Below are positions 1-14,629 of a DNA stretch of 64,000 nt, piece after piece; the first letter of the stretch is position 1, and the number at the start of each line of letters is the position of its first letter. The stretch spans positions 91,512,001 to 91,576,000 of the forward strand of contig OZ024746.1 in assembly GCA_964016885.1 (NCBI GenBank), written 5' to 3'. The notes beneath the pieces were generated by a model that saw nothing but the letters and a program-made list of their open reading frames with translations, was not told where the DNA came from and did no database searches. The position numbers were made by a program, and so were the translations under genes. The stretch comes from Eledone cirrhosa (Eukaryota).

Positions 1-69
1 ATATGTATATATATATATATATATGTATATGTATATATATGTATATGTATATATATATGTGTATATATA

Positions 70-702
70 TCATCATCATCATCGTTTAATGTCCATCTTC
101 CACGTATGGGTCTAGACGGGATTTTTCCCACTTGAGGCAAGATTGGTTGTCCTGCTCATATAGGACTGTCTGGCGGGTTTTCTATGGCTGGATGCCCTTC
201 CTAACACCAAACACGTTTACAGTGTGGACTGGGAGGTTTTTACTGTGTTACCTACACGGCCACATTACAGCGTGGACTGTGTTTTTTTGTCGTGACACCT
301 ATACGACCTCATTTGTTTCGAACTGGATGTTGTGGTACCAACATAACTTCACATTTAAGGGGGTGGTGTGGATGGGGTGGGGGTAGTGGGACGGGGTGTA
401 TTTTTGTTAGAGGTGCCTACTGACTGTAGGTTTCACTTTGTACATAGGCAAGGCGGGTCTTCTGTATAACTGTGTAGCGCCAAAGATCTCGGTCCAGTGA
501 CATTGTCTTGGAGAGGTGTAAGTGTGTGAGGTCGGAATTTATCAAGTCGTCCCAGGTTTTTCTGGGTCTGCCTACTCCGTGGCTACCGTCTATTTTTATC
601 GCCCTGCACTTTTTTATACAGCTGTCGTCTTTCATGCTCATCACGTGACCATACCAATGTAGTCTTCTCTCGAGTAAACAACATCTGATCCCTCTTATTC
701 CT
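70..702 (-). mobile_element. RTE-clade LINE 3' fragment (ORF C-terminus, 3' UTR, (GAT)n tail)
   Basis: [53 protein letters not shown]; the UTR ends in a GAT repeat at ~70. Confidence 0.85.
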
Positions 703-1841
<1,139 letters not shown>

Positions 1842-1906
1842 AATGAAAATAGAGAAATTAATGTAAGCAAGAAGCCAACAGTAATTCAGACATATAAGTG
1901 ACTATT

Positions 1907-2092
1907 AGTCTTACAGTTTTGGACACTAGTCCTTCATCAGAAAATAGAATGAGAAATTAAAGAAGAAATAGAAAGATTGAGGGTGAATATATATATATTT
2001 ATATATATAGGTTCACCCTCAATCTTTCTATTTCTTCTTTAATTTCTCATTCTATTTTCTGATGAAGGACTAGTGTCCGAAACTGTAAGACT
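1907..2092. mobile_element. Inverted repeat (~80-bp arms, TA spacer) carrying a minimal hammerhead core; Penelope pLTR-like
   Basis: 1907-1987 is the reverse complement of 2012-2092. Right arm reads CTGATGA A GGAC TAGT GTCC GAAA CT GTA; stem I is weak. Confidence 0.65.
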
Positions 2093-2205
2093 CTTTTCCT
2101 ACTATATCAACATAAAACTAATATGTTTCTTCACTGTACTGTGTTGTTTGCTTTGCTATTTCTATTCGCCTTTTGCATACACACATACACGTACAGATGT
2201 ATGTA

Positions 2206-2254
<49 letters not shown>

Positions 2255-3120
2255 GTCATGGCTTATCATTATGGTGAAACAGCAGTCTGATATCAGGCCC
2301 AACTATAAGAATGTCTAGAATCTATAATGTGGTAGCTGATCATTCTTTATAATATATATAATGATTTTAAAATTAATCTCTTTCAATAATGCCTTTAGCA
2401 TCACAATGTTATTTTTTATACGTTAGAAAAACCACGCAGTGTTCTTTGTTCTGTCTAAATTAACTAAATTTAATTAGTTAATCTAGAATTCACAGATTAT
2501 CAATTTGTATTAGGAAGGACATCCCAGCTAAGATATAAATTTGTTTCAAATTACATTTCATGCAGTTTTGATGGTTTTTTTTTTTGGTTTTTTTTCTTTT
2601 CATTTTGCAAATCAAAGACAAACAAACGTTTAAGATGGACAATCCACCTTGAAAATAAACACAAGAATTTGGTTTAGAAGATATGATGGAACTGTTTCTC
2701 ATTTCAATGATTAGGATTTATTAATTTCTCCAAATTACGTCAACATTGTCTGCCTCTGATAATTAGTTTGTTAATTAGTTTAATTAGATTGATAATTACT
2801 TTGTGGTTTCATTTGTTGAGGAATTGGGTTATGAATGAATTGGTTGTAAATCTTCGCAGTAATTCACTGAAATCTTAAGATTGTTACCTAATGTAAGTTG
2901 TCTGTTTGGGGAGACAGTGGATGTTGTATGGAGATAAGTCACAAGATATTGTTTGTTCTGGCTACAGAGGGAAATTGTTGGGCAACAGAGTCTTATATAC
3001 AGATTACATAGCTACCTACAATTTAATATATAAAAACAATGAGTTATATGGTTCATTGATTATTCAACAAAGTTACAACAGATTAGAAGCACTCTACAAT
3101 ATTTATCTGGAGTATTATTA

Positions 3121-3433
3121 ATATTAACAATATTAATAAATGGAAAATATCTTTACAAAACCATATTTATTTTATTATACCTATTTCAAGGGTACTAACA
3201 TTTAAATACGCTTTCGTCAGATAAAATATAATATTTAGTGTTAAGATAGTGACATACCTTCATGTGGTCTTAATGGGCTTATAACATTAAGACCACATGA
3301 AGGCATGTCACTATCTTAACACTAAATATTATATTTTATCTGACGAAAGCGTATTTAAATGTTAGTACCCTTGAAATAGGTATAATAAAATAAATATGGT
3401 TTTGTAAAGATATTTTCCATTTATTGTTAATAT
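3121..3433. mobile_element. Near-perfect hairpin (~150-bp arms, 9-nt loop) with a hammerhead in each arm (3334-3390 +, 3170-3226 -)
   Basis: Arms 3121-3275 and 3285-3433. Motif TTTTAT-CTGACGA-AAG C GTATTTAAATGTTAGTAC C CTT-GAAA-TAGGTATA-ATAAAA. A tail at ~3045-3120 matches the tail of the 32-kb element. Confidence 0.78.
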
Positions 3434-3451
3434 ATATATATATATATATAT

Positions 3452-3980
3452 GGAAGCTACAGAGTAGGTAGACTCAGAAAAACGAGGTGATAAAAACTGA
3501 TCTTGTTCACTTACACCTCTCTAAGACAATGTCGTTGGAGCGAGATCTTTGGCGCTATGAGGTTATATAGCAGACCCGCCTAACCCTTATGTACGAACTT
3601 AAACCTACAGTGAGTAGGCACCTCTTAACCAAATATACACCCCACTGACTCCATCCTCCCACTTCTGCCCACACCATCCTTTCTCTGTAAAGTTATGTTG
3701 GTACCACAGAACATCCAGTCCACACTGTAAAGTGGTTGTGTAGGTGTCACAACAAAAAGCACCCAGTTTACACTGTAAAGTGGTTGTGTAGGAGACATGG
3801 TAAAAAAGTACCCAGCACACACTGTAAATGTGGTTGGCACTAAGAAGGGCATCCAGCCATAGAAAACCAACCTGAAACAGTCCTATATGAGCGAGACCTG
3901 GTCACCCAACCCAACTTGCGTCAAGTGGGACAAACCCATCTAACCCATGCTAGCATGGAAGATGGACGTTAAACGATGAT
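3452..3980 (+). mobile_element. RTE LINE 3' fragment
   Basis: Matches the reverse complement of 70-600; ends gacgttaaacgatgat. Confidence 0.8.
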
Positions 3981-4155
3981 TTCCTTCAAATGAAACAGTT
4001 CTAGTCTTGTAGAAGCCATTTTTGTATTGAATTTGATGTATATATATATATATGTTTTCGTTTGTTGTCTTCTATTTGTTAATTTTCCTAATTTTATTAT
4101 ATATATATATACACATTAAAATTTAAATGGCACCAAAGATTTAAAGCATTTTTAA

Positions 4156-4375
4156 CCCTTTAATGTTCAAACCGGCCAAATACGGCCAGAATTCTCTACC
4201 TTTTTCTGTTGAAACTGGCTGCAACTGGTCACTCAAACTGATGTTGCGGTATTGTTTTCAAAATAAATACTTTCAAAATCACATAGATTCGATATTATGT
4301 GAGATAATTATGTGATATAAAGCATTTACCATGAAAATATAATAGTATATAGAGAGTAATGTGAATGCTAAAGGG
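4156..4375. mobile_element. piggyBac-type MITE (~220 bp), family A
   Basis: TTAA-CCCTTTA...TAAAGGG-TTAA termini; many copies in this window. Confidence 0.85.
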
Positions 4376-5417
4376 TTAAACTGACAGCTGTTTCAGCCTG
4401 TGTAGAACCACAGATTTCATCAGAGTTTATTAAAATGTTTACTGTTAATTCGCACAGAAAAACTATTGGAACATTCAATACATAAAATGATCCTACAAAG
4501 TACAAAAGTTTATAAAAAACAGTTCAAAATGGGGATGAGAAAGATGTGTAAAATGGGGATGAGAAAGATGTGTAAAATGGCGATGAGAAAGATGTGTCTG
4601 TTTATGTGAGAGAAGTGTATTACATTTAGATGTAGTCCTATTCAAAGGTTTTATACTAGTAATTCAAATGTTGCAATTCATTAATAGTTTTTCATTGATA
4701 TATCTGAAAATATACAACTTAAGAAGTGTAATATTTAACAAAATATAACTGTGTGTATATTTACTGCGGAGATTATATTAAGTTATTATATACGTTATGG
4801 CTGAATTGACGTGAATAGATGTAATGGTACTCAAATAATGCCATAGATGCTCGTAAATATCAACTTATTTTAAAAAAGTTTCTAGCAGTTTTGAGGTTGA
4901 TATTACTATTACCATGATAGGCAAGATATGTTAATAATAATTACTTTAACGAGATAAATAGGTGTATTCACTGCGGAGTTATATTGGTACAAGTGTTCTG
5001 TATAAGCAGTGAAATGCATGTATAATTATAATGGATGAGAAGAAAATAAGGAATAAAAGAACAAATAAAAGATAGTAAATAGTTAATAAGAAGGCAAAAA
5101 AAATGTTTTTAAAAAGATTAAAATGCATGTGTGTGTGTGTGTGTGTATATATCATCAACATCATCATCATTTTACGTCCGCTTTTCCCTGCTTGCAAGGG
5201 TGGGACGGGAACTGATTCTAGCTTGATTTCTACAGCTGGATGCCTCCATATATATATATATATAATTTTGGCGTTAGGGAGGGCATCCAGCCATAGAAAA
5301 CTATCCAGAAACTCTCCTATATGAGCAAGACACGGTCACCCAACCCAACTTGCCTCTAAATGGAACAAACCTGTCTAACCCATGCTAGCGTGGAAGATAG
5401 ACATTAATCAATGACGA

Positions 5418-5768
5418 TAATTACATAATAAACAACACAATATAATTATTCCATTACCAAAGGTTTCACAAAACTAGACAATTCTTACAGAAACGTCTAG
5501 CCCGTTCATCAGATAAAATAATTATGTTTTGGTTTTATGTGTGTGTATGTATGTATATTTGTATGTGTGTATATATATTTTTTCCGTTATAAGAAGTTAT
5601 TTTAACTCAGCCTCACTTTCATTTTTAATAGATATCAATCTCAAATATTATATCCAAAACATAACTAATTTATCTGATGAACAGGCTGGAGGTTTCTGTA
5701 AGGATCATCTAGTTTCCTGAAACCTTTCGTAATGGAATAATTATATTGTGTTGTTTATTATATAATTA
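5418..5768. mobile_element. Inverted repeat (~115-bp arms) with a hammerhead in each arm (5447-5520 -, 5668-5739 +)
   Basis: Minus arm reads TATTTTAT-CTGATGA-ACGGGCTAGAC...GTCTAGTTTTGT-GAAA-CC TTT GG-TA-ATGGAATA (GUA cleavage triplet). The plus arm is a diverged copy. Confidence 0.72.
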
Positions 5769-6189
5769 AATGGCTCTGTACTATACAGAGAGCACTCTTC
5801 TTTCCTTTACCTTTTCTATGGAAATACTTAACACACACACACACACATATATATTTATGTATATATAGATAAACATCTTCATCTGTTGTTTTGCCTTATT
5901 AATATGCAAAATCCTTGTCAACTTATCAGAATGGAGGCTGTGATATGTGTGACCTAAGAAACTGATACCTGTACATAGTTGTCCCTGTATACAGAGATCA
6001 GACGTTCTCTAACTATTTAACATTTCTTAAAATTATCTCCCCTTTTCTTTGAGAGTTGCTCACAATTGGGTTAAGTTTTTGTTTCCTTTCATCAGCTTTC
6101 ATGAAGGAAATTTCAATAAATTAGGAATTTCTTGTGCATATTATACATCATCCCAGCTTATTTAACCAAATTCATACCATTGACCTCAA

Positions 6190-6375
6190 TACGAGGGTCA
6201 GCTGACCAAGATACTCTCATGGAATGACCAAATGAGGTTTATTTTTCAACATAGTCGCTTGAAAGAAACAATGGAGTTATTAATAAGTAGAGTTAAAATT
6301 AATGCATGCAAAATTTCACAGCTCTAGCATCGCTCCCTCATAGTTGGTTTATGAACTTTTCAGCCTTCCCTCATA
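6190..6375. mobile_element. mariner-type non-autonomous DNA element
   Basis: TA-CGAGGG...CCCTCA-TA termini; a partial reverse copy lies at ~58893-58961. Confidence 0.55.
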
Positions 6376-6692
6376 TTGTTTTAACCTAGTTCATCATATT
6401 TATTTTTTGATATTTCAAAACACCTTGTCACAAAGAAGTGCCAAGTATAAGCTCAGTAAATAAAACATTGAAATGTGACTGGCAATGTTTCCTATGTCTG
6501 ACATGGCTGAAGTATTTTAGATGCCACAGCTGTCTATCAGACTGAAGATGTTCACTTTTATAAGAACATTCTTCTTTCAAAGCTGATCTTACCAACTGAT
6601 ATTCCAGATTGTTGTCATTAGCAAAGCTTGTGAAAAAGTTTGGTTAAAAACTGATTCTTCTAGTTTCTACAACACCTATTCTAATATGTTAA

Positions 6693-8321
6693 CCCTTTAA
6701 CATTGATATTACTCTATATATACTATTGTACTTTCACAGTTAAAGCTTTACCTCACATAATATCTCACATACCATTTACATTACTCTATATATACTATTG
6801 TACTTTCACAGTTAAAGCTTTACCTCACATAATATCTCACATAACATTTACAATACTCTATATATACTATTGTATTTTCACAGTTAAAGCTTTACCTCAC
6901 ATAATATCTCATAACATTTACATTATTCTATATATACTATTGTACTTTCACAGTAAAGGCTTTACCTCACATAATATCTCACATAACATTTACATTACTC
7001 TATATATACTATTGTACTTTCACAGTTAAAGCTTTACCTCACATAATATCTCATAACATTTTCATTTCTCTATATATACTATTGTATTTTCACAGTTAAA
7101 GCTTTACCTCACATAATATCTCATAACATTTACATTACTCTATATATACTATTGTACTTTCACAGTTAAAGCTTTACCTCACATAATATCTCATAACATT
7201 TACATTACTCTATATATACTATTGTATTTTCACAGTAAAGGCTTTACCTCACATAATATCTCACATAATATTTACATTATTCTTTATGTACTATTGTATT
7301 TTCACAGTTAAAGCTTTACTTCACATAATATCTCACATAACATTTACATTATTCTATATATATATGGCTTAGTGGTTAGAGCATTGGCTTTGCAATCGAA
7401 AGGTTGTGAGTTCAATTCTCAGACTGGGTGATGTGTTGTTTCCTTGAGCAAGACACTTTATTTCACATTGCTCCAGTTTACTCAGCTGTAGAAATGAGAT
7501 GATAGGGACGGGGGTCCATATCATTCCACTGCAAAGTGGTCGTGGAGGTGCCACGGCAAAAAAGTACCCAACACTCACTGTACATGAGGTTGGTGTTAGG
7601 AAGGGCATCCAGCTGTAGAAATCAAGCCAAAATCAGTTCCCGTCCCACCCTTGCAAGCAGGGGAAAAGCAGACGTAAAATGAAATGATGATGATGAAATG
7701 ATATACTATTGTATTTTCACAGTTAAAGCTTTACCTCACATAATCTCACATAACATTTACATTATTCTATATATACTATTATATTTTCACAGTAAAGGCT
7801 TTACCTCACATAATATCTCACATAACATTTACATTATTCTATATATACTATTGTATTTTCACAGTTAAAGCTTTACCTCACATAATATCTCACATAACAT
7901 TTACATTATTCTATATATACTATTGTATTTTCACAGTAAAGGCTTTACCTCACATAATATCTCACATAACATTTACATTATTCTATATATACTATTGTAT
8001 TTTCACAGTAAAGGCTTTACCTCACATAATATCTCACGTAACATTTACATTACTCTATATATACTATTGTATTTTCACAGTAAAGGCTTTACCTCACATA
8101 ATACCTCTCATAAGATTTACATTACTCTATATATACTATTATATTTTCACAGTTAAAGCTTTACCTCACATAATATCTCTCATAATATCTCACATAACAT
8201 CAAATCTATGAGATTTTCAAAATAATACCTTAACATCAGTATGAGCAGCCAGTTATAGCTGGTTTGAACAGAAAGAAGTAAGAGAATTCTGACTGGATGT
8301 GGCCGGTTTAAATGCTAAATG
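6693..8321. mobile_element. Family A MITE with an internal ~70-72-bp segment tandemly amplified, interrupted by a SINE
   Basis: Starts TTAACCCTTT. Unit cattactctatatatactattgtactttcacagttaaagctttacctcacataatatctcacataacattta is repeated. The normal MITE end resumes at ~8200. Confidence 0.85.
7366..7701 (+). mobile_element. tRNA-headed SINE with RTE-like (GAT)n tail
   Basis: A-box tggcttagtggttagagc, B-box gagttcaattctc, tail gacgtaaaatga..tgatgatg. Other copies at 9674-9940 (-), 25560-25893 (+) and 30780-31097 (+). Confidence 0.8.
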
Positions 8322-8427
8322 AAAAAAAGAAAGGAAAAAAAAAAACAATCTGGGGAAATTTGTACTAGCAAAGTTTATTCTGTGAAGTTTTTTGGTTAGA
8401 AAACGTTTGTATGCTATGAGGAGAATA

Positions 8428-8810
8428 TAATTGTTTATACTTTTGGCACAAGGCCAGCAATTACTCAGTGCGTTACTGGTACTTTATTTTATCGATTCCG
8501 TAAGGATGAAAGGCAAAGTTAACCTAGGTGGGATTTGAACTCAGACCATAAAGGACCGTAACTCTTTGCTGCAAAGCATGGCATCTGACCCTCTCCTAAT
8601 ACTGCCAATCCACCAGAATATAATTGTTTCTACTTCAGGCACAAGGCCAGCAAATACCCAGTACATTACTGGTACTTTATTTTATCGACCCCGTAAGGAT
8701 GAAAGGCAAAGTTAACCTCGGTGGGATTTGAACTCAAACCGTAAAGGGACGTAACTATGCTAGAAAGCATGGCGTCCAACCCTCTACCGATACTGCCAAT
8801 TTACCAGAAT
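8428..8810 (-). mobile_element. Two tandem tRNA-derived SINE copies (Meta-domain-like central motif)
   Basis: Reverse complement contains gagttcaaatccc (B box) and gcctttcatccttacggggtcgataaaataaagtaccag. Confidence 0.8.
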
Positions 8811-9944
8811 ATAATGATATATTAACATGAACAATCAATATGATGATGATGATGGTGAGGATGATGCCAGCTACCATCATCTGTAGAAGACACATGCTGT
8901 AGATGCAGTGTGTGATCAAACCAGAACCATGTGGCTGCAAAGCCAACATCTTAATGACACTCCCATGTATGTCTCACTCTATATCACAATGACATTGTAG
9001 GAGAGTCATTTTAACTGGTCACAATACAGACTCTTCAATTCATTTGATATCTATCATTTATCACACAAAGAAATAAATAATAAATATAAAGAACTATAAC
9101 TTAAGTTTCTGTATATGTTTCAACTGCTGAAGTGACTTTTCTTTGATGTAATTGTTTTAGTTTTCAACAGTGTCTCATATCAACTCACATGCCAGACAAA
9201 TACAACTCCAGTAGGGTGGTCATGTTAATGACACAACATGTTAATAAACACCCAGCCTGTAAAATGGTTGTTTTGGTGCCGCGAAAAAAGGCACCCAGTC
9301 CACACGGTAAATATGGTTGGCATTAGGAAAGGCATCCAGCCGTAGAAAACAAGGCAGAAACTGTATGAGCAAGACACGGTCATCTCAGGCATTTTTGCCC
9401 ATTGCTGTCTTTGGCAACATTTAGCTGTTTTAATGGCTGTTCTAACAATGAGTTTTCTACTCTTTATATATATTCAAATACACTCCCGCTTCATCTCAAT
9501 CAGAGAAAATTGTTTTAATTTGTGTATGTGTGAGTGTGTGTATATATATATATACATATATACATATATGCCCATCCTAACGCCAACCATATTTACAGTG
9601 TGTGCTGGGTGCTTTTTGTCGTGACACCTAAATGACCACTTTACAGTGTGAGCTGAGTGCTTTTTGTGTATCAGCATCATCATCATCATTTTACGTCCGC
9701 TTTTCCCAGCTTGCAAGGGTGGAACGGGAACTGATTCTGGCTTGATTTCTACAGCTGGATGCCCTTCCTAACACCAACCTCATTTACAGTGTGGGCTGGC
9801 TGCTTTTTTGTCGTGGCACCTCCACGACCACTTTGCACTGGAATGATATGGACCCCAGTCCAGTGAAATAAAGTGTCTTGCTCAAGGAAACAACACATCA
9901 CCCGGTCTCAGAATTGAACTCACAACCTTTCGATTGCAAATATG

Positions 9945-9977
<33 letters not shown>

Positions 9978-9980
9978 GTA

Positions 9981-10055
<75 letters not shown>

Positions 10056-10058
10056 TTC

Positions 10059-10131
<73 letters not shown>

Positions 10132-10477
10132 ATGTGTGTGTGTGTGTGTCTGGACACAAACACACACACACACACATATATATATTATATATATATATAT
10201 ATATATAAAATGATGTTGACAGTGAAAGGACCCTGACTCATTAGTCTGAATGCCAGTGGTTATTTTAGAGATGAATACACAGTCTTCTTCTTCTTCTTCT
10301 TCTTCTTCAACTGGAAGAAATATGGTGGTTTTCTACAGAACAGACTTTTTGTCTCCAGTTCCCTAAACCTTCTTTGTTATAGGGGGCTGCAGGCTCTAAT
10401 TAAGGATGTTCAATCTTTGTCTTGTCATCTTTAATTAACTACATAAAAAAAGGACACACACTTCCTTGCCTTTCTCT

Positions 10478-10520
<43 letters not shown>

Positions 10521-10914
10521 GTGTATGTGTATTTCAGTGTATGTATGTATTAATGTGTTTGTGTATATATATGTGTGTGTGTGTGTGTTAGTGTATGTGT
10601 ATTTCAGTGTATGTATTAGTGTGTTTGTATATATATATATATATATATACGCATGTGTGTGTGTTTGAACCTGGGGGGGGGGGATATTAATGAGTGTATG
10701 TGTGTATATATATATATATGAGTGTGTGTATATATTTCTGTGAGATATTTGTGCTGTCCTGAGTGAGACAAGAAATAATCTCAGTACAAAAGAGAGTGTA
10801 AAGTTAATGAAGGATAATAAATCAAGGGAGAGAAGCAGGATGTCTTAGTGTAAGGGGAAGGTATGGTAGATAATGGTTTGTACAAGAATGATAGTAAAGG
10901 CTGCATAATTACTG

Positions 10915-11567
10915 ACTATGTATGTGTACATATCTTCTGGGTGTATGTTGTCTGTGTGTGTGTGTTGTGTGTATACATGTTGTCTGTGTGTGTATGTTGT
11001 ATGTGTACATGTCTATGTGTGTGTTGTGTGTGTACATGTTGTCTCTGTGCGTATGTTGTATGTGTACATGTGTGTGTGTATGTTGTGTGTGTGTTGTGTG
11101 TGTATGTATGTGTGTGCGTATGTTGTGTGTTGTGTGTATGTATGTTGTGTGTGAGTGTGTGTGTGTGTGCGTATGTTGTGTGTATGTATGTTGTGTGTGT
11201 GTGTGTGTATGTGTGTGCGTATGTTGTGTATGTTGTGTGTGTTGTGTGTGTATGTATGTTGTGTGTGTGTGTATGTATGTCTGTGCGTGTGTTGTGTGTG
11301 TTGTGTGTGTATGTGTTGTGTGTATGTATGTGTGCTCATGTATGTCAGTGTGTGTCTACCTGGTAGAACTCTGTCTCAGAAGCCATTTTGTCTTTTAATA
11401 TGTAATGTGTGTGTGTATGTGTGTGTGTGTATATACTCATGTTATCTATGTATGTGTGTGGCTACCACTGTCTCCATCTCTGTCTGAGAATCTATTATCT
11501 TGTCTTTTAATATAAGATGTATCTTTGTGAGTGTGTATGTATGTATGTATGTATGTATGTATGTATG

Positions 11568-11601
<34 letters not shown>

Positions 11602-11701
11602 TGTATGTATGTATGTATGTATGTATGTATGTATGTATGTATATATGTATGTATGTATGTATATGTGTAAGTATGTGTAAGTATGTATATATATATGTAT
11701 G

Positions 11702-11732
<31 letters not shown>

Positions 11733-12359
11733 ATATATATGTATGTATGTATGTAAATTTGTATGTATATATATATGTATGTATATATGTATGTATATAT
11801 ATATGTATACATGTATGTATATATATATATGTATATATGTATGTATATATATATATGTATGTATGTATATATATATATGTATGTATGTATATATATATAT
11901 GTATGTATGTATGTATATATATATATGTATGTATGTATATATATATATGTATGTATGTATATATATATATGTATATATGTATGTATATATATATATGTAT
12001 GTATGTATATATGTATATATATATATATGTATGTATGTATGTATATATATATGTATATATATATGTATGTATGTATATATGTATATATATATATATGTAT
12101 GTATGTATGTATATATATATGTATATATGTATGTATGTATGTATATATATATGTATATATGTATGTATATATGTATGTATATATATATATGTATGTATAT
12201 ATATATGTATGTATGTATATATGTATGTATATATATATATGTATGTATATATATATATGTATGTATATATATATATGTATGTATATATATATGTATGTAT
12301 ATATGTATGTATATATATATATGTATGTATATATATATGTATGTATATATATATGTATG

Positions 12360-12390
<31 letters not shown>

Positions 12391-12557
12391 GTGTATGTAT
12401 GTATATATATATGTATGTATATATATATGTATGTATATATATATGTATGTATGTATGTATATGTGTATGTATGTATATGTATATATATGTATACATGTAT
12501 GTATGTATATATATATGTATGTATGTATATGCATATAGATGTATATATGTATGTATG

Positions 12558-12589
<32 letters not shown>

Positions 12590-12660
12590 TATATATATAT
12601 ATGTATGTATGTATGCATGTATGTACATATATATGTATGTATGTATGCACGTATATATGT
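10915..12660. repeat. (GT)n-rich and (ATGT)n/(TA)n microsatellite block
   Basis: Direct reading. Confidence 0.95.
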
Positions 12661-12661
12661 C

Positions 12662-13268
12662 AGGTCACCACTTGGTGCTACTGGTAACATGTATCCCAGT
12701 ACAACCTGTCTCATGGTCGGGTCGTTGGCGACTAAACTGGCAACCCCATCAAGGTTTCTTGGTGAGGAGGGTGACTTTGGACATCCTGCAGGACTAAAAA
12801 TAAAACCTTTCAAAGGGCAAAGGAGCTCTTAATAGTCAATGGCCATCCAAAATCACCGGGAGAGATGACCCCTTAGCCTTTGTCAAGGCAGAATTCTAGG
12901 AGAAGGAAAACTCTGATATAACACCTGCAACCCTGATGGTATCCAATGATGTTGACTTGTTCTTCTTTTTGGTAAATATAATCTTGGTTAAGAGAGTGGG
13001 ACCGGCTTTGTGCACTGCCTTTGCTCACTATAAAAGCTTCACGGCACAGGCATTGCTTTATATCTGGAAATCTCTCTGCACTTGTCGTCACATGGTACCA
13101 TGGGCCCAGCACTATGTGTCAATAATTGTCACAGGTGTAGTGTTTGTACCAGAGTTTTCAAGTCACTGGCTGGACTAAAAAGTCACACTTGTTCAGCGCA
13201 TCGGTAGGGGTTCTCCTACATGGATATAAAGTAGTGGCCGTACTTGAAAACGAGTTGGCAGCCACCAT
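12662..13268 (+). mobile_element. Non-autonomous RTE-derived element (~600 bp) ending in (ATGT)n
   Basis: Close copy at 16999-17558. The 3' part encodes a relic C2H2-like RTE C-terminus, CSVCTRVFKSLAGLKSH. Confidence 0.65.
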
Positions 13269-13273
13269 GTACG

Positions 13274-13307
<34 letters not shown>

Positions 13308-14629
13308 TGTATGTCCTCTGGTTTTATAATTTCACAAGGTTTTACCAATAGAGAGAGAGAGTCTGTTTCTAACATAGACACATGACTCTCTCATTGGAAT
13401 TTACACATCATCAACTAGGTAGATATGTATGTATGTCTGCTTGTATGTGTAGATATGGATGTTATTGTATGTGTGGATGTGTATGTTTTGAGTTGTATGT
13501 GTGCGTGTGTATGTCTGTCTGTCCTCTAGTATGTCTGTGTGTGTGTATCTGTCTGTGTCTGTATGTGTTACAAAAGGTTATCTAATAAATGTTCTCCAAA
13601 TTTAATTCAATCAGAAAAGAAAGATTAGCAAGAAAATATAAACAAAAACAGAAAAATAAAAAAATAAAAATATATTAAAAAAACAGGAGGAGGAGGGGGG
13701 GGGGGATACTTCCCCCCTCCCTTGTCCCACACAACCCAATTATATGATCTATCCTCTGTCTATATGTGTGTGTGTGTGTCTGTCAGTGTTTATGTATGTG
13801 TGCGTGTGTGTCTGCGTGTGTGTGCCTGTGTGCGTACCTGTGTGCGCATCTGTCCATGTGTGTATCTATCTGTGTATGTGTGTATGTACTTGTCTCTCTG
13901 TGTGTCTCTGTGTCCGTGTGTGTATCTATGTGTCCATGTGTGTGTGTGTGTATCTATATGTGTCCGTGTGTGTATCTATATGTGTGTGTGTGTGTATCTA
14001 TATGTGTGTGTATCTATATGTGTGTGTAAGATAATGATTTACAACTCAATATTTATTGTTTTTATGGCCATTTGTAAGATAATCTAAGGAAGATCTCACT
14101 AGGACTTCTTGTCTCCCTATTCTGTATATCTACTCTCTACTTTAGAAGTATTAAATCTGTGTGTTTAAGATAACAGAAGATAGAGATTAAAACCTTTTCA
14201 TGTCTTTCATACCTGTTTTATAATGAAAGCCAATAAGGAACATCTATTAGTGAGATGGAAGTTACTGGTCCTGGTTGATAGAGGAATAACAAATCTCTGC
14301 TCTTCAATTAACAGGCTTCTGTGTTAAAGTTGTCCTAGATATGCTGGGTCTTAACAGGGTTCTATGTTAAGATTGTCCTAGATATGCTGGGTCTGAAAGT
14401 AATGAACATGAGATTGTCAGGACCATTTCATATCACAATTGGTGAACAATGTTGTTATTAGTCACCTTTTCAATACCTGGTTCATAGCATTTATAATGGC
14501 AAAACTGACAGGGGACTATCTTTAACTTGGTGCAGAACAAATATTGCTATTTATTTTTTTTTTCAGTTTCATGACACACCAGCAAAGGTTGTTAGTATCT
14601 TTTGTTGATGCTTGCATGCATGGATTAGA

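Noticed and set aside
7366-7430. tRNA gene
   Set aside because: A and B boxes continue into a SINE body and RTE-like tail; no complete cloverleaf.
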